DNA of 51,375 nt, counting the filler, from Catajapyx aquilonaris (taxonomy: Eukaryota), in the NCBI GenBank assembly GCA_000934665.2. It is 2 parts of 2 records of this genome, joined end to end, with 100 filler letters (N's around TTAATTAATTAA, not from the genome) between each part and the next. Parts side by side here need not be neighbours in the genome. Positions count along the whole stretch, not along the records: positions 1 to 25,633 come from KZ539332.1; 1 more part is not named here. The stretch is one strand, 5' to 3'. Position numbers and translations under genes: made by a program. The notes beneath the pieces are model-generated. The model had not been told where the DNA came from. It was given only the letters and a program-made list of their open reading frames with translations, and searched no databases. Below are positions 9,233-25,733 of the stretch, one piece after another (position 1 is the stretch's first letter; each line of letters opens with the position of its first letter).

Positions 9233-12200
9233 ATGGAAGGACACATCATGTCGATGTGGGCTCTAGCATTATGTGTTACGATGTATGCTGAAGGTACCGA
9301 GCAGCGACCTAACTTCATCATCATGCTGATGGACGACGCAAGTATTTATTACTTATTCTCACCCACCCCAGCATGTCACAAATTCAAGGTCAGGATGTAA
9401 ACTAATATAAAGTTGACACATTATTTTACGTACGGTACGGTATATCCTGCATATCCAACCATGTTCCTCTGTATACGTCACTGCCAGTCCGTGGAGGCCG
9501 TCTATTATTTTATGTAAAATGCCTATTGTTGTGCCATCAGGATGTAGGTGTAACAGGGATGCCGGTTCATTCGTAAGGTCACACCAGTAGTGAATCACGA
9601 CAAATGTGAACCTTAACACTTTTTTATTCACTACAAATATGCTTTAGAAGACTATAATCACGTATGACATATCTTCAAGAATAAATCTGCACAAATCGTG
9701 CTTTGAAAAAAAAAACACACACACACGCACCCACACACACTTTGGTATATTCAAACTGACACTACACTTTCAATGGGTCTTGTTACTGGACAAGGGCCTG
9801 GTGTAGCACACTTTAGGTGAGCTGTCCCTGTTATGGCAGCCCAACCGTTCCCGCTCACCACGGAGGGCCTGGCGCCACAAAACAAACTGGTAAAGTCCAT
9901 TACTTCCAATGTCCTTCCTTTTCCTCTCCAAAAGCTCCAACGCAAGGGTGGGCTTCGGCTTTGATGCATACCATTTTCCAATCGTGTTCCGATGGATGTC
10001 GTTGTCCCAACAGTGCCACCTTCTTGGAACACCAGCTCCGTCCAGCAGTTCATTCCATGGCGCCTGCCGTTTTTTCTTCAGTTTTGAAATCTTGTAGTCG
10101 ATTTGGCTGATGAGGTAACTAATCCGGTTGATAGAGCTGGTGACAGCTTTTTCCATGCTCCATATACAAGAATGACCCGTCTTCCGGTCCGAATAGTACC
10201 TGCGCATCGTGTTGAGAGGATGGTGCAGAGGGACTATCGTCTCCATATGGAAGGACAAATTGCCTGTAACCTGGGGAGATAACGGGCATTGATCAGCAGC
10301 CTGGAGTTGCCATGACATTCGGTGTTGCCAACGGTATGCTCCAGTGCTATAACTGTTTCCGCTAGACGCTGAACGATCAGTATTGGCACCGGGGCATAAC
10401 ATGACAAATTGGCAGAAAAATGGTTCCTTACGCGAGTTAGGCCGTTTCCCTGCGAATTTAATTGCAGTGGTTTGGAAAAGAGATTTTTTTGTCTGAATTA
10501 TGATGTTGCTTCCTTATTCTGCAGTAGATATATCTAATGCATTCTAAAGGCCACCCGCACATTACGGACACACTTATCGAAATATTGCTCGCTTTCATTT
10601 CCTGGCAGAATCATTGATCCATTATATAAGCCACTCATATAGTCATATTGCATTTTCCGCTCCATATAACGCTGTACCGGTTGATTTTTCCTATAGCGCC
10701 AGAGTATCAGAATCCATCCTCATAAACCACACAATCATGCACCTGAATAGTTAGCCCATTTTCTCATTTGCAAATTTTAACGCCTGCTGTAATTTTGCCC
10801 CGTCTCCCACTGTAATTAGCTATGTAGCCAATCTAGGGTCCAGGTTTCTAGCGATAAAACATAATATGAAAATTATTATCTCCAAGCAGATGGGCTGGGG
10901 CGACTTAGGATCAAATGGCGAACCCCACAAAGAAACGCCGCATTTGGACCAAATGGCCAGAGAAGGAATGGTCTTTACAGATTTCTACACCTCGAGTCCT
11001 CTCTGCTCTCCGTGTAAGTTCCTAAACTTTAATTGCATTATTGTTAATAACTCATCAGTCCTTATATTCATGTAGCTCGAGCCTCACTTCTGACTGGTCG
11101 ACTCCCCATTCGCAACGGATTTTACACCACAAATGACATGATGTATGCCAAGTTTGGTGTTCTCCTCATAAAGTGCAGTTTTTTTTTCCTTACTCGCCCA
11201 ACTAATAAGGTCGCATGCTTACAAGGGAAGTGCAATTGTTGTAAATGGAGTTTCTGATTGAAACTTTGCACAATAATATAGGCAGGTAAGTTATTAAACA
11301 AAATGCAAACCGTTTTGGCGAATGCCTACAAAGTCAAAAGGTACGACCTCTCGAACTCACAAGGGACACTTTCCAAGGTCACACCGATTTTCTTGAAATT
11401 CGGTACAATGGTAGCCCACTCCAAGGGATGAAAAACGCACCTAAAGTGACTTGGTCAAAATGACCCGGTGACCCCTTTTTGGGGGGCAGAGGTCAACTCG
11501 TAATGCCGAAAACTCACCGATTTTCTTGAAATTCGGTGCATTGGTAGCCCCCAAAAAGGGGTCACCGGGTCATTTTGAGCAGGTCAGTTTAGGTGCGTTT
11601 TTCATCCCTTGAGGTGGGCTACCAATGTACCGAATTTCAAGAAAATCGGTGAGACCTTGGAAAGTGTGTCTTGTGAGTTCAAGAGGTCATAACCTTGTAG
11701 GCATGCGCCAAAACGGTTTGCATTTTGTTTCATAACTTACCTTCCTATACGTATTAATATGCAAAGTTTCATTCAGCAACTCCATTTACATCCCTTGTGA
11801 ACTCCTCCATCTGTGCATCATCCATTTTTCTTCTCGTTGTAGCTTATACTCCACAAAATATCATGGGAGGCATTGCAGAGACGGAAGTTCTGTTCCCGGA
11901 ATTGCTCATGACATCTGGGTACCGGAACAAGCTAGTTGGAAAGTGGTATTATGCTTTAACACTCAATATTTCTGAAAAATGTAAACAGACGCATATAGTG
12001 AACACATATTAGCGCAAATTAGACATAGCTTGAAGGTAGGTATATTGTAACTTAACAAAAGACACAGGATGTCATGAGCACTTTGGATTTGACCTCCGAG
12101 TCATCTGAGGTCGGAAAAATAACAAAATGAGGCCAAAATGGGTGCATATTGACCGTACAGCATCAAGGAGTCGAGATATCAATTTTAATGATGTTCAAAA

Positions 12201-15200
12201 GTATTTGTTGCGGGTGGCATCAGATTTGGCCTCCCACGTCATCTGAGGTCACAGCCAAGTGGTTACCAGCTGGGTGCTTTACTACTCGGGCAACGACTGG
12301 TAACTTTAAAAAGTGACTTACGCACCTTTGAGGTTTTACTGTATGTAACTTGCAGCAACCCTGCTGGTCACATCTACAACAGCCAGTGATATGAAGAAAA
12401 TTCCTAATGGTTGCATTTAGGATATCTCGATTAGGATCATGTGTCCAACAGGGTGATGTGTCAGGATAACTATTTTATTACCACTCATTTAAACCAAACT
12501 CACTTGTCAAAATAGGGGGGAAACCAAAAACAGTGTATGTGCCATTGGCATTTTTTTTTCGTGTAACAGAAAGCAAGACACATTGAAGGGGCACAGCTTA
12601 CTCTAATATTATATAAGGCAGGAGTTTTCCGATTGGCATCTTGCTTCTGTACTTTTCCTTAAAATTGCCTTGACAAGCATAAAGGGGGCAAGGAATAGAA
12701 GCAGGATGTCAAATAGGGAAATGCCTATGTTAGTGAAAAAATGCAGAAATCAGGGGCATTTCTCTGTTCTTCTTTTATAGGCATTTGGGTCACCAAGAGC
12801 AGTTTCTGCCCCTTCGTCACGGATTCCACGAGTGGTTTGGATCACCCAACTGCCACTTCGGACCATACGATGACGTATCCACACCTAACATTCCTGTATT
12901 TAGGAATTCCGAAATGGAAGGAAGGTAGCAGAATGAAGTACTAACGATACTGGTCAGTACTTAACAACTGTTCGTTTTAACTGCTTGTAGGTACTACGAA
13001 GATTACCAGATATTCCATAATGGCACATCTGATCTAACATACCTATACACTCTCGAAGCTGAGAAGTTCCTCTACGACATGGCCAGGAAGCAGCAACCAT
13101 TCCTCCTGTACTGGGCGCCCGATTCAACCCATGCTCCTGTTTACGCTTCCACAACCGGGACCAGTCTTCGAGGTGCGAGTGATATTATATTCGTCAAAAT
13201 CCAGTCACATAAAATGTTTCTTTCTAGGAATTTACGGCGATGCTGTGCAAGAACTGGACGAAGCAGTTGGGTTTTTATTGAGTGTGGTGCGCAAATCGGG
13301 CCTCCAAAACAATACGTTCGTATTTTTCACTTCGGATAATGGAGCTGCACTTGTCAGCAAGTATAATGGTGAGCTATATACTGTGTGTGTTATATGGAAC
13401 TGGCGATTACATTATTTAGCACAAGTTCTTGTGGGGTAAGAGTTGTTGACGTACTAACAACGCAGTGTTTTCGTATTGCGAACCCACTGAAACTTGATTG
13501 CAGAGAGTGTATTGGGCTAAGAGCTGGTTGTAACAGGTCAGATGCATTATATGGTGATAATCTATGGCCCGGTTGTATGAACGTAAATGAGGGAAAAGCT
13601 CCGATTTTGTGTAGGTGGATATGTGGAAAATGTATAGAAATGAAAAAAGGAAAATTGTTAGAATGACATGACAAAATTGTCGACATTGACTTTTGGGCCA
13701 TAATATCGTTACTCTATCAATCTCACAACTATTGCATTTATTTTATTAAATTGTCGGAATTCAATTACATTTCCCATGTCCCTACGTGTCACAGGCCATG
13801 TTGTTAACCATAGTGATTGTTGATGCAGGTGGAAGTTAGTTGCTGGGATAAACAATGAGTGACATCCTTTCCCTGAAAAAATACAACAATCATCTGATCA
13901 TAGACCTTACTATGCATCCACCTCCTGTGGTAATTTTTAAATTGAAAAAAATACGGATTTGTGCAATACCAGAATAGATAGCATAGGACAAAACTCAGTT
14001 TTACTTTTTCCTCTGACACTATTAGGAACAATATCCACTAACAATATTGTGGTGGTTCAGAAACCCCCCCCCCCTACAAAATATTTTTTTTACCTGACAC
14101 TTTAGAAGTCTACACAGTGGCTGGATTGCAAAAGAGCTGACCAATAGTCAAATTTTGACCTTGTTTCAATGAAAAGAAATTGAGTACCTACCTCGTATTA
14201 TTGTCCCCCTGGAGCAAAGAATGTGCATTGTATAAATAAGCATCATAATGATTTTGGTCAATTACCCACAAATGGTGGGTTTCCAATTGAAATGTCTGCA
14301 TCAGAGCAAAGGTGCTGCTCTGTAGGTCATTGCCTCCATAGCAGTACTCGTATCTTGACTCAAATATTGCCCTATGGACACTGGAGAAGTGTTTGGGCTA
14401 CATTTACTCCCACTGGCAACATTTTGGAACCACAATTCCAAAGCCCACTATCTGCATTTCCTTTCCAGTCTACTTGACATGTTATCACATTTCAGATAAG
14501 CCCTAAATGAAAATGCTTGGGTTTTGGAATTGTGGAGCTGATTTTGTCACGTCAGATGACATCACAATAGCATCCAATTCTAACCTTCCGCAGTTGTACA
14601 AAGACGCTGTGTAAAATAGGCAACAATATATTTCAAAATATGGTAGCATAATTAATATTCTGCAATACATACAAGCTAGGATGCTTGTATGTATTGCAGA
14701 ATATTAATTATGCTACCATATTTTGAAATATATTGTTGCCTATTTTACACAGTGTCTTTCACCCATCTTTCCCCACATAAACCCAATTTTTGACCCCTTT
14801 TCCGCTGTTTAAAACTGCTCATGGAACAATCTGGGAAAAGATATGAGTGTTTCAATGAATGTTGCAGGTGGAAGTAATGGACCATTCCTGTGTGGGAAAC
14901 AGACAACATTTGAAGGGGGCATGAGGGCCCCGGGTATTGCTTATTGGCCAGGGCACATTCCAGCAGGTCGGGTGTCCCATCAGGTGGCCACACAGATGGA
15001 CTTGTTCAGTACCCTGTTGGACTTGGCTGGGATCAAGCCACCTGCTCATTTTATTGATGGAATGAGTCTGAAAGAAGCCATGTTTGATAGCAAACAAGTG
15101 GACAGGTGAGACAGGTGCACTTCAGGCTACCTTTAGTTTAATTACACATTCTTGCAGGCCAGTGTTTTACTACCGTGGCAATGAACTGATGGCAGTACGA

Positions 15201-16092
15201 TTTGGGCCTTATAAAATGCACCTGTGGACATGGTCTACACCCGGATATGAACTAGAAATTGTGAGTTTTTTTACTCTTCTGGAGTGACTAATAAATATTC
15301 AGTACAGCATACACCATATTAAAAGTAATACATGTACAATGAATCATGTGAATAACTTGGATCAACCTCATGTTCTGTATTTGCCACTTATCACATAACT
15401 CACATAGCTCTACATGAATGAGTTAAGTGCACCAACTTACACACAGAATGCTACTTTCAGGGAATCAATTATTGCCCAGGAGCTTTTGTTCCCAATGTCA
15501 CAACAAGTACTCAAGTTGACCACACTGACAACCCAGTTTTGTTCCATCTTGGGAAAGATCCAGGTGAGAGATATCCTATTCGTTCTACTTCACAGGAGTA
15601 CCAATTGGCAGTGACAAAGTTGAAAGCCATTGTTGCTGACCACAAAGCTAAATTGATACCAGGAAAACCTGTACTCAACTGGTGTGATGATAGCAAGATG
15701 GTAAGTTTACGGCAGTATTAACATGTACTATCAGAACGGAAATAGTCCGGATACTTGGGAGGTAGGCTGACCATTGACAAGTGTCTGGACCATTTCCGTG
15801 CTGAAGTACCTTTGTACAGTGCCGGACATTAATTCCATCGTAGTGCTAGCGACATTTTCAGATGCGGCTTAAGTGCACAGCAGTTCACACGGTTTGCATT
15901 CCATCAATTTGCTTTGCACGTGGCACGTCTACCGCATCGGAAAATGTCGCTAGCAGTACGATGGAATTAATGTCCAGCACTGTACTCATAGAAATGTACT
16001 TTCAGCACTGGAGTCCTCCTGGATGCCAAAAGCTTGGGAAATGTTTGAAAGCTCCACCATCAAAGCCATATTTATGCCCATGGCCTCATTAG
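9233..16092 (+). CDS. GALNS: N-acetylgalactosamine-6-sulfatase, 11 exons
   Basis: Exons 9233-9337 (signal peptide + [12 protein letters not shown] donor), 10890-11013, 11076-~11156 (donor uncertain), 11843-11945, 12781-12924, 12991-13172, 13228-13368, 14868-15105, 15158-15260, 15461-15700 and 16006-16092. Motifs include MGWGDLG, the formylglycine motif [46 protein letters not shown] and the C-terminal [13 protein letters not shown]...CPWPH, all matching GALNS. Confidence 0.95.
11221..11797. mobile_element. Foldback-type MITE with ~260-bp inverted arms, in GALNS intron 3
   Basis: TGTAAATGGAG...GGTAAGTTAT...AAAATGCAAACCGTTTTGGCG...CCGATTTTCTTGAAATTCGG is mirrored by CCGAATTTCAAGAAAATCGG...CGCCAAAACGGTTTGCATTTT...CTCCATTTACATCCCTTGT. 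Confidence 0.8.
14607..14752. repeat. Perfect 70-bp inverted repeat with a 6-nt spacer, in GALNS intron 7
   Basis: 14607-14676 is the exact reverse complement of 14683-14752, with loop TAGGAT. It extends to 14600-14759 with one G.T pair. Confidence 0.95.
15726..15808. mobile_element. ~85-bp palindromic mini-MITE
   Basis: TACTATCAGAACGGAAATAGTCCGGATACTTG...CAAGTGTCTGGACCATTTCCGTGCTGAAGTA. A related copy lies at 23033-23115. Confidence 0.6.
15817..15982. mobile_element. Tc1/mariner-type MITE (TA TSD, CAGTG termini)
   Basis: TA|CAGTGCCGGACATTAATTCCATCGTAGTGCTAGCGACATTTTC ... GAAAATGTCGCTAGCAGTACGATGGAATTAATGTCCAGCACTG|TA. Confidence 0.8.
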
Positions 16093-18406
16093 GTAGAAAC
16101 TTGCAGATAGATTTTATTGATGAAATTAATGGATGGCGACTTCTGGACTGCTTAAGATCTATTTGAATGGACTTGCATACTGAAATATAACCTCTCCTTG
16201 CTCTCCATTACTACTTCACAGTATGACTTGAAAATAATATTCTATTATTAACACTTAATATAAATTCAATAAGAGCTGGAGATTTACTAGAAAACTGCCT
16301 GAGTCAATTATGGATAATGTCACCTGTAGATTTTTAAGTGCATTATTCAAAAATCCAAACAGTGCAGACTACTTAGGGTTGAGGTGTTCTGACTCCTGAG
16401 GAATCCAATTCTGCAAAACATTCACTACACTTTCAAAGGATAACACACATAATGAACAAGACTGAAGAGAAACATTGAGTATAATAGTACACTTTAATTC
16501 CAGATAACCAATTTCACATGCCTTTATGGCATGACTTCCATTACATAAATGCATAATTTCCCATTAAAACTCCGGAATTGTGCACAAGACCTGGATATAA
16601 GCTGCGATTGAGAAATATAACACACTGACTTCGTCTTCTCCACTTTGGCAATTTTCTACAGGAACAAAATGACACAATCCCAGCTACAACGACTGTACTT
16701 TTTTGACTAGATGGAAACAATCCTCACTGATCATGTCTGTCAAGCCTTTCTCTTGATGTCTTACAAAATACATGGAATTGAAATAAAGTAGTTCATCTCA
16801 ACACACCAGATGGAGAAGGAGTAGTAACTTAAATAGTACCTGCAGCAGATAAATCACTGGGAAGACTAAATATCAGCAGGATGTTTGCAGCAAAAGCACG
16901 AAATACAGAATCACAGAAGTTAACAATACGACAAATATAAGGGTTGACTGGAAAGATTTTCCTCTGCCAGTTTGTCCACTCCTAATATGAAATCAACAGT
17001 ACATCCTACACTGGAGTTTTGGCTGCAAATAGCCGTAGAGCTCAAACTGAACTAGCAAGTAACCTTAAGAAATAAACATCTGTTCTAGACACACAATTTC
17101 TTGTGGTACTTACGGTATTATCTTGATCACATTCTATACGCCAATAATGCGCTTGCAGAGAGACAGAGTTGTCACATAATGCATTATTTTGATAATTGTA
17201 TCATATTCATGACAACTCCGCATCTTTGTGAGGGAATTATTGCTCCAGTTTGGGCTGGGGTAGACATAAGATGTTGGGTTAGGAAGCTGCAAATACCTTG
17301 ACCTGTTTGACTAGAATTAAGGCTAGAATTGACTGAATATCTGACTGAGAGCTAACATAAGATTGTCTCTTGTCATTTTTAACCTGAGCCTAAGCACCAA
17401 TGATTTACCATTGCAATGGGGTCACCAGTACAAAAGCAAGCCAGAACACAAGCATCTGCAAAAAACAGTGACGCCATTTACTTAGGTGATCATGATGACT
17501 GATAACAATTTTTTCAAAACAGGAAAGTTAAATATCACAACAAAATGCTGAGGATTTTGGCAGTTCATATACCTGACTCTTATAGAAGGATCCTACCAAG
17601 AAAGGCAAGGAACTGTGTGTGCTAGGACACCTATTTTGCTGATATTTTGGTGCAAAATATGAATAATGTGAACCAGAAAACTTAAGCCAAAATTGCAAAT
17701 GAGATATGGTTAATTGAGATGATGATGATCTGGGTAAAGCAATTCACCCCTGAGGGGTAGACTGCACATAGTAACATAGGACTTGATTATTATTTTATTT
17801 GTTAAAATTCTTGCTGAAATGGGGAAGGGGAATGGTCCCAAGGTTTTCGTCCATTTATGACCCTCTTAAAGCCAGATCTTTTCTCTTGGCCCTGGGCAGA
17901 TAAGAGTGGAATTCTGCCTGGACATGTCAGTACGAAACAGGGAAAAGACCCAGCCATGCAAGGGTGATGGGCATAAGTGCTAGACCATGTTCCCTTTAAT
18001 CAATTAAGATATATGGCACATTGCATGAATCTGTGAACTGACATGCTCTCCTCCAGTTCATTTCTCCAGCTTCCTTATTGCTGATTCACACATTGCATTT
18101 TATTCCCAGTGCCCACAACCTGCCAGCCAGGTCACCATACAAGCTCATGTTGCTTCCACCCCCACAATTGAGAAAAAAATTGCCCAAAGAGAAGCTTGTT
18201 GGTCCACAGACCCACACAATGTGCCGCAAGGTCAAACATTGTCAATTGCCATTTTTTCAATTTTCAAATGGTGCATCTACGGATTGGACATGTGATTTTA
18301 ATACATATTTTTATAGTGAAGGTAGGTGAAGCTCTGTATGTCATGTATGACACATTGTTCATGAACAATTGCAATTGATGAGGTTTCCTATGAAAATGGC
18401 CCATTG

Positions 18407-19154
18407 CACAGTATGTCCAAACGCGGAAATGCTTGGACAAAAATGGCTTTCATTCCGCGCGGATTTGTCACGAAGGTCAGGATATTCCTGTGATTTTCAA
18501 GATGAAAAGTAGTGAATTTCACAAGTTTCTCTTCGAATGACACACCAAACGAATGACTAGACTCCCCTGTTATAGATTCACTTAGTTTTAATTGCACATA
18601 ATTGCAACTTTTGTCAGGGGAGCATGACAAATGCTGCATCCTTTTTGGAAAAAATGTGGCATTATGTGGTATTGAAACGAAGTGAGTCTATAACTAGGGA
18701 GTCTAGTCTTTCGTTTAATGTGCGATTCGAAGTGAAATATTGTGAAATCCGTTACTTTTCGTCTTTGAAATCAAATCAATGACGTGACAAATACGCGTGA
18801 TGGAGGCCTCAACAAAGGAGTACCTGGCACAGATATTTCAAGGTCACATTCAAAGGGTAAGTATTACTTAGCCAGAGGTATTTTATGCACAACTTAAAAT
18901 GCGGATGAGACTGAATTTGGAAATGCCATTTCTTCCATGACCATTCGAAGCCGACTGAATAGACACAAAAAGGTGGCAGACGAACACTCCACTTGAGTAC
19001 CACCCTGGCAAAAAATGCATCTCAATTGAACCTACCGTGGGGTTTTTATTATTGTTCAGATATTAATTTCTTACATTAGGGCAGATTTGACACGACTCTG
19101 CCAACTTGGTTTTACCATTTTTGTCCTATTGTTCTCGTGTTTGGACACACTGTG
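18407..19154. mobile_element. Non-autonomous Transib/RAG-like DNA transposon with RSS-like ends and 5-bp TSD
   Basis: TSD CATTG at 18402-18406 and 19155-19159. Left end: CACAGTA-TGTCCAAACGCGGAAATGCTTGG-ACAAAAATG. Right end (reverse complement): CACAGTG-TGTCCAAACACGAGAACAATAGG-ACAAAAATG. CAC termini plus a 5-bp TSD are diagnostic of the Transib/RAG superfamily. No transposase ORF is present. Confidence 0.85.
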
Positions 19155-19549
19155 CATTGTAAAGAGTACCATGCTGTTGGACAAGCATTTCATTAACAGT
19201 CCGTTTTAGTCAGATTGGATGCCATTCACAATAAAAATAGAAATAATCATGTGTCCTAATCCCATCCTGCAGGCCGTTGCAACCCTAAAAAGTGGCAAAT
19301 TCTCAAGACACCAATCCCTACGCTTAAGTTGGTTATGCCTCTTTCGCTATTATAGCTTTCTTCTTTAATTCACACTATTACATACCTATTGCACCAAAAA
19401 ATATTAGTTCCATAAGCAAAATAAGTGTTCTAATTCTCCCCTATCCCACTTGGCCCTTGAGGTTTAAAAGGTTTTATTTAGCTTAGAAAAACTCACACAA
19501 CTTTCCAGTCAACCCTTTTACAAGTCAGTTGAATATGGTTCACCTGCAT

Positions 19550-24621
<5,072 letters not shown>

Positions 24622-24834
24622 CTATTTTAAAAAAGAGAGTATTTAGTAGGTTCAAATTTGTTATTAGAGCGACGGAAAAAAAAAAATCATTCCAGCTTGT
24701 TTCTAAAACACTGACACAAGCACTGCAATAACTGTCATAACACTACGCTATAACAAGTGTAATTATGAATGTATATAGTGTAACATTTTCTGACAAAATG
24801 CAATTTTCATCGCTGAAAAGGCATATTTCCTTGA

Positions 24835-24944
24835 GGGGTGAAATTTTCGTCCCACTGCTAGTTACTGCTAACTTAGCAGTACCAATGCATTACACTGGTA
24901 CTGCTAAGTTAGCAGTAACTAGTAGTGAGATGAAAATTCCACCC
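24835..24944. mobile_element. Short palindromic MITE, copy 2 (family of 2699-2804)
   Basis: GGGGTGAAATTTTCGTCCCACTGCTAGTTACTGCTAACTTAGCAGTACCA...TGGTACTGCTAAGTTAGCAGTAACTAGTAGTGAGATGAAAATTCCACCC. Confidence 0.7.
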
Positions 24945-25529
24945 AATTTTTTAATTTGGTGGTATTTTTTTCTATGCATCACTAAATCAAATCTTACATT
25001 GTTGAAGGTTTTGCTGGTCCCTTGATGATTTAAGGTGCTAAGTTACACTGAATTTTCGGACAGAGGGTACTGACAAACTTAATTAACAATGAAGATAATG
25101 GATTTGGCTGACCCCTAGTCTCAGGATGCTTCAAACCCAGCTGAATTGGTTATTTGCATTTCTCTTGAATGTACTCATCCCATTAAATGACCAAAAGAAC
25201 ATGGGCAGAAGTCACACTGTTCACTTAGGAAAGCCAATTGCATGCACTTATTACTGCAACGACGTGACGAGCCCTCAAACTCTTAAAGTTCATTGGGGAC
25301 CCAGCATGAGGGGGAGGATTTTCGTCCATCTCCTATAGCTACTGGCACTCTACCACTGCAGGGTGTTCCTGAATTTGGCTGCCAAAATGATACGAATGGT
25401 AGGGGATGCATATGGAAGAAGCATGGCATAGGTCCAAAAGACCCACGACGGGACAAAGCGACATTGACGATGAGTACGGTATAGAACGGATTTCTAGGTT
25501 TTTACCCCATTTTTATTTTGTAGGCCTCC

Positions 25530-25633
25530 TCGGGTCAGACGGAGGATACTTATGTGGATAGAGTTTTGATGGGTTCTCTCCATGTTCGCGTGGGTTTTCT
25601 CGGGGTTCTCCTGTTTCCTCCCGCAATCAAAAT
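25530..25633 (+). mobile_element. V-domain SINE fragment truncated by the contig end
   Basis: TGGGTTCTCTCCATGTTCGCGTGGGTTTTCTCGGGGTTCTCCTGTTTCCTCCCGCAATCAAAA matches the copy at 22500-22728. Confidence 0.65.
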
Positions 25634-25733
25634 NNNNNNNNNNNNNNNNNNNNNNNNNNNNNNNNNNNNNNNNNNNNTTAATTAATTAANNNNNNNNNNN
25701 NNNNNNNNNNNNNNNNNNNNNNNNNNNNNNNNN
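25634..25733. other. Artificial contig-joining linker (44 N + TTAATTAATTAA + 44 N)
   Basis: Exactly 100 nt and symmetric. The central 12-mer gives stop codons in all six frames. Confidence 0.9.
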
